A DNA stretch of 62,454 bases, counting the filler, from Hausera hauseri (lineage: Eukaryota): the NCBI GenBank assembly GCA_046269625.1. It is 10 parts of 10 records of this genome, joined end to end, with 100 filler letters (N's around TTAATTAATTAA, not from the genome) between each part and the next. Parts side by side here need not be neighbours in the genome. Positions count along the whole stretch, not along the records: positions 1 to 4,247 come from JBJURY010677885.1; positions 4,348 to 10,312 come from JBJURY010161643.1; 8 more parts are not named here. One strand, given 5' to 3'. Position 1 is the stretch's first letter; each line of letters opens with the position of its first letter. This document shows positions 1 through 10,100 of this stretch, one piece after another. Below the pieces are notes generated by a model that worked only from the letters and a program-made list of their open reading frames with translations, ran no database searches and was not told the origin of the DNA. Made by a program: the position numbers and the translations under genes.

Positions 1-25
1 GATATAGATAGCCATATATTCTTTT

Positions 26-2045
26 TTATTTCGTATTAATCGAACTTTTCTTGGGATCACATCCCACAGGTACTAATGTCCAATCGCTGATAGTATCTCG
101 ATCTAAATCGGGAATTTCACCAGTCGATCGGAATTTTTGATATTGTTTCTTGAGTAACAATTTTACAGATTTGTCCACTGGGACTATGAGCTTTTCATTT
201 CTTTTAGACTGAAAGATTGGAGTGATATATCGTCCTGTTTTGGGATTCTCCCAGACGTAAGTGTTTTCATAGACTTCTCTTGCCGGTATAGTCTTGACGA
301 AAAACATTGCCTCTTTTATCTTTTGCGGACTATAGTATTCTGTCGTTACCAATATTCTAGGATAATCCTCCGTAGTGGCGTAATGTATATCGTCCGTGGA
401 GTTCTTCTTTCGTAATATATTTATTTCCGTTATTCGCTTCTTAGGTTTATCCGGTATTGGTTTAGTCTGTTTAGTCCTCTGTTGATCCGGTGTTTGCCAT
501 CGTTGGTTGCGTGGCTTTTTATTTTCGTGTCCACATTCCGGTTCCTGATCCTTCTCCATTTCTTTACTCTTTTTCTTAAATAAATAATCGAAACGGGAAG
601 TTTTTCTTTTTATCGTTTTCTCGATTTCATCTACTTTGTTTTTTTCTTTCTTTTTAATGCGCATTTTGTGAACTTCTGGTACCTTAACTTCGCTGTAGTT
701 CTCCGTCGGCTGGGTTGCGAAACTAGTACCGGGCTTTTCTTCGATTTGATGTTTATCCTCAGTCTTTTTGGGTTTTAATCCTTGGATGGTAATCTGGTAA
801 TTCCACTTTGGCGTAATCTCAACATTCCTCGGTGGGGAATAGGGCAGAAATGTTTTCTATATCGTATGCTAATATCTTTAAGTTCGGGAAAACTCCCTAA
901 GTTTTGCCCGGGATTACTGTGGGTCCACTCATGTTCCCACTTTAACCCGGCATTTATATCTCTTAAATACTGGGAACGTTGGCCGGCGGTCAGCAGTCGG
1001 CTTATTTTAATATATCCTCCACTCATCGCTTCTACCATTAACTTGAATCGGCCTTCCACGGTCGGTAGTAGATGACCATTTTTCTCTTTGACTTTAACTT
1101 CCATTTGTTACATTACAATTGGGTGAGTCTCTATCTCTGTCATTCCGGTTATGTGTATTACTGGTATGTTTAGTTTCTCTATCATTCTCTCTACTTGATA
1201 CTCCACTATGACGTATCCGTATAGCCAATGTGCCACTTCTTGCACTAATCTGGAATCTTTTCCGAGGATTAACTGTTTTCTTTTTATTCCGGTTATTTCT
1301 GCGTAAGTTTCTTGTACTTTTTTTCTGGGGTTAATGATTTTTGAATAGACTTCGGCCCCGTTTACTTCTCGTATTGATATTTTATTTGGAATATAATTTC
1401 CTTCGTCTCCTTCCCCATAATTTATCGCGACGATCCTGCTATTTCTGTCATCTGTTACTAATCTAAATGAGTGTAGATGTGCGTCTTGTTCCTCTTCAGT
1501 GGGCCTTTGTTTGAATTCTAAGGGCTCCAGTGGAGCGATTGTTGTTTCTTCTGCGCTTATCTCAACCATTAGTTTCACGGGTAAGGCGGCTATGCGAAAT
1601 TCCACCTTGTAGTTGTGGTCGCGAAAATCCTTTCTATTATATACGAATATGCTATATCTACATTGTCTCCCTTGAAATGAGTCCCATTTTCGTTTTTCAA
1701 CCTTTAATAGATTTCTCCTTCCGCTAAATGTATGAACAATTTCTGTTCTTTATTCGTTTGGTGCTGTGTGATCTGTTGTAATGGGTATGCTCTTGCATCC
1801 TTATCCTCTCTGCAAGCATATAAGTATATAGCTCTAGCTTTGTCAGTTGTCTCTTTTAAATTGTTTGGTATGTCGTTAACTTTTTTGTACTGGATGAAGT
1901 TTTGTCCTTGTAATTCCGTGTTGATCTGCCTATAAATAGCTTTGGAATTTGGGATCCGGACGGTCACTTATTGTTGCAAGAATCCGTCAATACTAAGTTG
2001 GCTCGTATTCATCTCTCCGTCGATACTAAGTCGGCTTGTATTCAT
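26..2045 (-). pseudogene. Long orphan ORF (~670 codons, broken by a few stops/frameshifts) in the 3' accessory region of the Gypsy family-2 element
   Basis: ORFs 1704-1967, 1108-1605, 775-1104 and 26-664 are co-oriented and abut. 1108-1605 and 775-1104 share a frame across one stop (IVM*QMEVK); 26-664 extends upstream after one frameshift. No recognisable domain. Confidence 0.5.
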
Positions 2046-2048
2046 CTT
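1984..2048. repeat. Two-unit ~33-bp tandem repeat (MNTSRLSIDGE/MNTSQLSIDGF on the minus strand)
   Basis: ccgtcaatactaagttggctcgtattcatct followed by ccgtcgatactaagtcggcttgtattcatct. Confidence 0.8.
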
Positions 2049-2164
2049 GATCTGGTTGCTTACCAATTTGAAAAAGCAAACATAAAGATTAATCTTAAAA
2101 CAAAGTGTGGTTTTAAACCAAAACCAATTCTTTGTTCGATGACAGAATAACCTGATCTGTAATT

Positions 2165-3570
2165 ATCAGGTTATTTTATCATATGTGTCTATAGGGTTTT
2201 TCAATTCCCTTAGTTCCCATTCTGAATTTTTAGGACGCTTAGGATAACAATTTCTGGTAACTAATCGAAAAATCGCAATTAACATAATGAGAACAAACGT
2301 TGATAGTACTGCGACGGATACAATCGGTAAGACGGTTAATCTTAACGGTGCTTGGGTAGTAATTTAGTTGTGGTTTCGTCGTCTTTATCCGCATATAAGT
2401 GCGGTTCTACATGAATTTCGTCTAATGTACGTAGTGTAATTGTCTGGTTTTGCTTATTCTTTGCATGCACTTGTACTATGTATTCAGATTGTTGTTTTAG
2501 TAAGTTGCACTGTGTTTGATAAGTATTTTTAATTAATGTTACAATTTGATTATTATATGTTGTTCGACAACTTATGTGTATATCGTAATTTTGTTTCTTT
2601 TCCACAAAGAACATGATTTTATACCGGTGCGTCGAATATTTGATAAGAACGTTTTCCAACTCTACTTCAGGTATGTTGTTTGCTGTAACAGTTCGAGTAG
2701 TGGGACTAACCTTAGTGGTCGACTCTTTGGTCATGGTTCCCTCTGAAATTTTCTAAATTTTATTTTCTGGATAGTAAATTCGGAGTTGTATTCTTGGTTT
2801 GTTAGGCCTTACTTCATATAAGTCAAATTTTATTTTGAATGCTTGGTTTACGGTTATCTTACAACATGGATGTTGCACGCCTGCGCGAATAGAACAATAT
2901 CCTATTTTCGGAGTTGGTCCCATTGTTGCTTCGAATGTGATACTGAATTCTCGGCTGATAGTTAGCTCGGTCCAAGCGTCTACATATATGCATTGTCTTG
3001 CCTTATTATCAGAGATTCTCTGAATATTCTCGTCTAATAACTTTATATCTGGGTTAGTAGATCGTAGCATTTCGTTAAGTTTTATTCAATGATGTCTGTT
3101 CCATGCAGGAATAACTAATTGAAATTGTGGTTTCGTTTAAATATAAACTGCTAATGAATCCGGTAGGTACATGCGGTAGGTAAGGTTATAAGTGCGTCCA
3201 AAATCTATGCCGCAACACTGGGTATATTCTTCAGGTTCAAAATCGCAATTCTTCGTTTCTTTTGATATTACGTCATGTAAGACAATTTGAAATCTTCCGA
3301 AATTGTGATGTGGCCTCCAAGCTTTAAATCCAACATATACGGAATTTGGCGAGTAATAATTTAATGTCTTGTTGTCTTTGGACTTCTTCAGGGGCTAATC
3401 CCTTCTTTTCTGGTTGGTTCCTTGCCTCTATTCCACTTTTCTGAATTTCGTATATATCTCCTAACGTAGATTTGTCGTGCCACCATTGAGTTTGTGTTCT
3501 TGGAATATAGGAAGCAATTAATTATAATGCTAAAACTATCTGAACATATGATATCGGTATAGCAACTATT
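2165..3570 (-). pseudogene. Degenerate type I membrane protein following the integrase: signal-like segment, Cys-containing ectodomain, FN3-like segment, TM helix, short tail
   Basis: Hydrophobic ISYVQIVLAL*LIASY at ~3560-3500; ORFs 2753-3070 and 2342-2734 (CNLLKQQSEYIVQVHAKN); after a frameshift LTVLPIVSVAVLSTFVLIMLIAIFRLV, then RNCYPKRPK at ~2340-2230. Confidence 0.55.
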
Positions 3571-4247
3571 GAGGAAGTTTTTGTCTCCCGTTGGCGTAGG
3601 TTGTAACGTTTGTTGGGCCGTACTCTGTCTTGACAACTCTCTGTACTGACATGACTTCTTCCTTTCCATTCTTGTTGATATATACTGTGGTTGGCGTAGC
3701 TCTGGTAACTTAGTATGGTCCATTGCCTGTACGAGTTAATTTTAATGAGGTGCCTTTCCTGCCTACTGGATAATGTACATAAACCCAATTTCCTTGTTCT
3801 AAATCGTGCGGTTTCGCTTTCTTATTATATTGCCTTTTAAACTGTTCTCGATATTCTTGGGATAACTCCTTAGCGATCTCCCAACATTTTTATAACCGTG
3901 TCTGTAGCACTTCTGCAAAATTCTGTTCTAAATCTGCGGAATTGACTGTGTATGGCGTCATTCCTAAATCCGTGGGTAACACGGCTTCACGTCCATACAT
4001 CATAAAAATGGTGTGAATCCTGTTGCCGGGTGTGGTGTAGTATTAATTGAAAATTGAGTTCCTTCTAAAAATTCGTCCCAATCTTTTTGGTCCTTTGCTA
4101 CTACTGTTGATAATATGCGTATAACGGTCGCATTCATCCGTTCTACCATTCATTACACTGAGGGTGATATGCGGTAGTTGCTAACCGTTCAATTTCAAAT
4201 ATCATGATAATCTTTTCGAATAGTTCGCTTGTGCAGTTTCTTCCTCG
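3570..4247 (-). mobile_element. Gypsy family-2 integrase, C-terminal half (degenerate)
   Basis: RGRNCTSELFEK..TTAYHPQC..VERMNATVIRILSTVVAKDQKDWDEFLEGTQF; clearly homologous at DNA level to 50460-50700; RPNKRYNLR motif. Confidence 0.9.
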
Positions 4248-4347
4248 NNNNNNNNNNNNNNNNNNNNNNNNNNNNNNNNNNNNNNNNNNNNTTAATTAAT
4301 TAANNNNNNNNNNNNNNNNNNNNNNNNNNNNNNNNNNNNNNNNNNNN
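4248..4347. other. Artificial contig linker (N44-TTAATTAATTAA-N44); also at 10313-10412, 17682-17781, 29511-29610, 33604-33703, 39656-39755, 45762-45861, 53366-53465, 57647-57746
   Basis: Identical 100-bp N-padded spacer with stops in all six frames. Confidence 0.98.
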
Positions 4348-7300
4348 ATTTCTATATGTAAATTACTGGCGTTGTGAATAAATCCGTGCACGCTAGATTT
4401 TATCAAATATTAAATTAACAATTCTGACTATAGAACAGTTTATTTCTTATTTACAAATTTATGAAAAAACATTCTATCGATTCTATCAATTTACATACAA
4501 AATCTAAAAAAGATTTGATGCTATTTTCTACATTCCACTTTGCTGTTGTCTTTTCGTCTGATATTTTCCAAGCATATTTTGGCTTCCTTACATCCTTGCT
4601 TAGTAGCAGTTGAAACAATCGTTTAATTTCCTTCTTTAATTTACAATTATTTTTGTTATTCAAAAGAATTTCCATGTTATATGCTGCTTGAGGATGGTTA
4701 TCCGTCTCGACTGTACGGCGTTGCAGTTTTGTTCATAATAAAGGCCCAAATTAAATTGAGCAGGTTGATAATTGATACTGTCAGCACAATTCCAGTAATA
4801 AAATGCATGTTAAATTTAGGTCACTAGCAGCTTTGCAGCCTTTCATATTAACATCGTGCGCAAAACTACAAATTTTGATAATCATTAATCTTTTCATGAA
4901 TGTCTAACACTTCTTCAACACAATTTGATTCATCAACATCATCATTATCATTAAATTCATTATTGCCAACCGCGGGCTCATCTTTATACTTAACTTAAAT
5001 GTTATCAGTAAGGTAACAGTTGTAATTAGTATCAATTTCTAAATGTGGTTCGGTATCAGGGTTTTCAAAAATCGCGTACTTTGCCATTCAAACTAAGTTG
5101 TTGTCTGAATCGCTTCCTGTATTGATGTAGATACCTTTATCGGAAATATTTGACATTATCAAAAATTCTTTGTAATTATATTTAAATGTTTCGTCCTTAT
5201 CTGGGTCAACATTGCTATGATTATCATTGATCTTCGCTAGAACAGTTTGTTAGACTGGTGGCGCCCGAGTCCGCGACACCACACTACCCCCTCCCTCGTA
5301 GCAGAAGTGAAGAAATAGAAAAAGACGGAAGAAGTGAAAAAGTGGAAGAAATAGTTTTATAAGCTATTGCGTCTTTGTATAGGCAAGGCGTTGAATCTTA
5401 TCGATATTTTGTTCTCTGCTGTATTTGCTGAAAGTGACTGTCTTGCGTTTTTTACCGTTTTGCTTGATTGTTTGCTGAGTTGGTTGGTAGAAAGTTAAAT
5501 TTTGATTTGCCATGTCAGTAGATTGAGAACTAGTCGGTATGTCGTTTAGCGTAGTTTTTTGTATTAATGCGGGTTTTGGAATAGCAGGTTGTCGTGAAGG
5601 TAGAACAGAAGGAGGATTGAAGGAGTCAAGGAAGATATGTGCAGAGTTAGTTGTTGGATCCGGTGTGTCATTAACGAAAAATGCAGGTTTTACGTTATAT
5701 ATGTGCAAATTTTGTTCTTTTTCGTTTTTGAGTATTGTAACTGTGTGTGATGTTAGATTGAGAACTTTATATGGTCCTAAGTAGTTCGATTGGAATCCGG
5801 AAGGTGAAGGATTTTTTATTCACACGAACTTTGCATTAAATAGTGAGTCAGGTAAGTATGATTTGTCACCATGCACTATTTTGCAGAAAGAATCCTGGCT
5901 TAATTGAACGAAGTTATTTTGTACAGACCTAATTGTTTCGTTAGATGGTGTGTTGTCCAAATCGGTGAGTTTAAAAAGTGCGCGAATTGTGTTACCGAAA
6001 GGCGCTTCAGCGGGTGAACAAAAGGTGGTAGTAGACGGCGTGTTGCGCCATCCAAGTAAAACAAAAGGGAGGATGGTTGTCAATTCTTATGAGTTTCGGC
6101 CAGGATTTTTAACAAGATCTTGAGAGTGCGATGAAAGCGTTCTAATAAGCTGTTCGAATTGGGATGATATGGCGTTGTGTTTACGTGGTTTATGCCTAGT
6201 CGATTAACTAAAGATTTGAATAGGTTCGATTTAAATTGGGGACCTTGGTCTGTAATTATATAGCGAGGAGAACCTAACCGGCTAATCCAAATCCTTATGA
6301 ATGCATTGGCAATCGAGTCTATACTGATGGAGTGCAAAGGGATGGCCTCAGGCCAACGAGACGTGCGGTTTATCATTGTTAAGATGAATTGGTGGCCGTT
6401 ATCGGAAGGTAACGGGCCAACAATATCTATGTGAACTGACTCAGAACGGGATGTACAGGGGAAATGAAGTAATGGTGGCTTAAGTTATTTAGCTACTTTG
6501 AAATTTTGGCAAGCTACGCACTGTCCAACCCAGCTGTTTGCGTCAGACCTCATCGATGGCCATGTTACGTGGCGTTTGATATGGCGGAATTTAGCCCTAA
6601 AACCTGGGTGATGCAAAGAATGAATGTGTTGAAATGCAGTTTGTTGGGGAGGAGGTGCCAAAATTGGTAAATGTTGTCCAGGTGTCGAAGTATCCATGGC
6701 TATTCCATCGATGATTTATACGGATTTGTATTGTTTCAAAATTTCATTGGAAGGTGGATTTTGGATTAACTGGTCCTTTGAGAAAATTGATGTGACGCTA
6801 ATTGCTTCAACTGACCGTGATACGAAATATGGCAAATTTTAAAGTTGAATGTTCAGAGATATGAGATATGGCGTTCTTGTCACAGTGATGGTTGTTTTAT
6901 GCTCATTATGTGAAAGAAGGTTTTGTGGTCCGTTTGAATAGTGAAGGAACGAGCGATAAGCAAATGTGAAAATTGTTTCACAGCTAAAACAATGGCCAGG
7001 AGTTCTCTATCGAAGGTTGAATAACGGCGTTCTTGTGGCTGCAGCTTGCGTGAAAAGAATTCTAACGGCTCGTTTATACCGTGAGATATTTGATGAAGAA
7101 CCGCTTCTACTGCTGTAGTTGATGCATCAGTTGTTAAAATGAGGTCAGAACCAGGTTTTGGATAAGCTAAAATCTCGATTGTTTTGAGTTTGTCGCGGAG
7201 TTCATCGAACTGGTTGACAAGTTCTGGTGTCCAATATATGAGCTTTTTCTTCGGCCTTGATCCTAGTGGAGCGAAAGGAGCAGTTTACTGTCTACAGTGT

Positions 7301-8696
7301 GGGATGTATTTATGGACAAAATGTAAAGTCCTAAGGAAACTACGCATATCAGTAGTGGTTTTGGGTAGCTCGATGTTTCGTAGCTGATGAATTTTGTCAG
7401 GCTGTGGACTGTGACCGTCAAGTGTCATGACATGGCCAAGGAAATTGACTTCTTTTGAAAGAAGGAACACTTAGAAAAGTTCACTTGCAAGTTGTAGTTG
7501 TGTAAACGTTGAAAAACAAGCCTGAGATTTTTTTCGTGTTGTTTTGGTGATGTCGATGCGACTAGTATATCATCGATATATGGATATGCAAATGGGAAAC
7601 CTGGAAAAACAGAGTCATTGTGTCGTTGAAAAGTTTGTGCTGTGTCCTTTAAACCGAACGGCATGAATGCGTATTCGAAAAGACCAAATGTGTTATTATG
7701 GCCGTTTTTTGGATGCCTTCGGGAGCTACCGGTATTTGGTGGTACGCTTTTTCGAGATCTATGGTCAAATAGATTTTTGTCTTGTGTAAGGAATGTAATA
7801 TATCCTTAATCAAAGGTAGAAAATAAGCGTTCATGGAAAAATGTTATTAAGTTGGCGATAATCGCCTCATGGATGGAATGTGACATCTTTTTTCGAGATG
7901 ACGTGGAGTGGTGATGCCCAAGGTGATTTCGAGCGTTTTGTTATGCCAGCTTGCTCGAATGCAGAGAATTTCGCTTGGACTGCCTATCGTCGGAGTGGTG
8001 AAAGTGGGCGGAGCTTTTGCCTAACGGGCCTAGGATTTTCTGTGATGATATAATGAAGCGTCGTGTTAGCTGGTCAAAATGCTGGGTCTTTTTTATTTAG
8101 TGAAAACAAGACTTAGTTAAATATTGTTGCATTTCCTGGCTAAGTGTAGTAAAGGCTGTTGTTGTTATGGCAATGAACAGATTGGATTTAGTGTGAAAAT
8201 TGACAGAAATTGAGTCGCTTAAATTGCCCTTGTCTGTGCCTTTTGTTCCTCTATTATTGGACTGAAACAAAAACGTTCGATTATTTATATTGGTATTAAT
8301 GTCGTTCTTATTTGCGTTGGTTGATGGTTCTGTTAATATCGATTTAATAGGCGAGATAGGTTGCATGATTGGTTTGTTATTTGCAGAGATCGGTTTTGTT
8401 GAACTGCTTTTAATGATCCGACGTTGTCTACAACCTACAAGGAGGTTGTAGAAAGATAAGAAATCAGATCCAAATATTGGAGATTGTGTGCCGGCAACGA
8501 TGAATGTCCAATTGAAAATGTCGAAGAATGGTGGTAAAGTAAATGAAACCTTAAAAGTGCTAAAAATGCGTAAAGCTTGACCGTTAGCTGTGTATAATTT
8601 AGTGTTAGATGGTAAGATGAATGGTGTTTTGATGGATGGTGGTAACAAAGAAACAGCAACCCCTGAGTCAATGAGAAAGTTGATTGGTTGATTGGG

Positions 8697-10100
8697 TTAG
8701 GATGTTAAGGAGGCTTTTAATGTGAAAACAGTGTAGGTACGGCTATTAGAATGAAGACATTTGCCTGTGCCAGTATGTGACAAAACATCTGGCGGCTTTG
8801 TCAGTTTTTTGGATAGAAAGATTTGGGGAGTCGGAAGAATTATGATGTAATTGGTTAAGTCGACTGGAAAACGTTCAACCGTTGATGCAGTTGCGGGCTT
8901 TATTGTTGAACCTATTATGGTAAATACAAACAATTTCGGATTTTTGAAAAGCTGGTGTAAAGAATGTACATTCCAAGCAACATTTGTTAAATTGGTCCTT
9001 GAATTTAGTGTGATAATAGCACACCATAGGTCGAGTAGGGACCCAGCGGATCTCGAATTTTGCAATAAAGCATGGCTATGATTGGGTGTGAATCGACCTT
9101 GTCGTGACATGGATAAATTGTCCAGTTTAGAAGTTAAAACAGAAATGGCTTGGTGTATTGCCGTGTTTTTAGCCCGGAGAGCGTTTATTTGGCTATTCAG
9201 CGCTACGATTTCTGCATTGGGTGGTGTCATAGACAGTTGTAATGTGGCTGTGACAATAGGAGTATGGTGTGTATTTAATATTTCATAGCTTTTATCAGCC
9301 AGTTGTGCTAACTTTTCTAACGTAGCTGTGTCTTCAACGACGGTTACTAAAGCGCGTATTTCTTTCGGCAACGATTGGGGGAAATATCTGCGCAAAAAAT
9401 CGGCATTGTTAGTCTGGTTCACTCCTAACTTCTTTAATTGGGTTAAAGATGTTTGTAAAAATTCTGATGGTTTCTGGTTTCTTATCGAATTATCATTGAA
9501 ATATTTTTGGATAATATTATTTAGAGAAGGTTCCGTGATTTTTAGGATCGAGCTAATGAGTGTTTTGTATGGGTCACCGCTTTGGAAAATTTCCGACAAG
9601 TTTGGAAGCTGCGACTTAATGTTGGAAGGCAAAAGTATAAACAACCTGTTTGCTTTTAGAAAAGAGTCGACAATATTATTCGACTTCAACCAAGCCGCAT
9701 GAAAGTACAACCACGTCCGGCTGGAATGTTGCTTGTCAACGAAGTACTCTACGCAAGGTAGATTTACAGTAGACGACGAAGGTTGAGGTGAATTTAGCGA
9801 TACACCTATAGTAGGAATGTCGGCAAAGTCTTGTTGGTCCTTAGAAGAGGCTTTTGGATCGGATCCACCTAAAAGACCGTAGTGTACAGTCAGTATAGGT
9901 GTTGAAGATGAGTGGCCTAAACGTGTTATAATATCGGATTGTCGGAGAAAAAGTCCATTAAAACTAAGGCGAAAAGTAGCAAAAGTTGTTTTTCGTTGTA
10001 ACTTGTCGAACAATTTTGCAATTGTTGCTGATTTATGAATGTAGTAAGTTTGTGTATTCTTGTTTTCGAATAAAAAGATAAGTGGGACGAAATTGTCACA
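8697..10100 (-). CDS. gag: Gag of copy A (capsid-like region and CHCC nucleocapsid region) with an N-terminal ubiquitin-like domain
   Basis: Open 534-codon frame; QKPSEFL..LRRYFPQSLPKEIRALV..LEKLAQLADK resembles CsRn1-clade gag; CHCC fingers lie in a shifted frame at ~8870-9030. Confidence 0.8.
   Translation of the reverse strand, partial: CDNFVPLIFLFENKNTQTYYIHKSATIAKLFDKLQRKTTFATFRLSFNGLFLRQSDIITRLGHSSSTPILTVHYGLLGGSDPKASSKDQQDFADIPTIGVSLNSPQPSSSTVNLPCVEYFVDKQHSSRTWLYFHAAWLKSNNIVDSFLKANRLFILLPSNIKSQLPNLSEIFQSGDPYKTLISSILKITEPSLNNIIQKYFNDNSIRNQKPSEFLQTSLTQLKKLGVNQTNNADFLRRYFPQSLPKEIRALVTVVEDTATLEKLAQLADKSYEILNTHHTPIVTATLQLSMTPPNAEIVALNSQINALRAKNTAIHQAISVLTSKLDNLSMSRQGRFTPNHSHALLQNSRSAGSLLDLWCAIITLNSRTNLTNVAWNVHSLHQLFKNPKLFVFTIIGSTIKPATASTVERFPVDLTNYIIILPTPQIFLSKKLTKPPDVLSHTGTGKCLHSNSRTYTVFTLKASLTS
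9864..10095 (-). other. Ubiquitin-like domain ending in LLGG, in frame with Gag
   Basis: LIFLFENKNTQTYYIHKSATIAKLFDKLQRKTTFATFRLSFNGLFLRQSDIITRLGHSSSTPILTVHYGLLGG aligns by eye with ubiquitin (SDTIENVKAKIQDK, RLIFAG, LHLVLRLRGG); ~75 aa. Confidence 0.75.

Noticed and set aside
4348-5250. Minus-strand coding remnant next to copy A
   Set aside because: Looks coding-like but no family could be recognised
8851-9702. Plus-strand ORFs opposite gag, and similar antisense ORFs elsewhere
   Set aside because: Shadow ORFs of the real minus-strand genes, with no motifs
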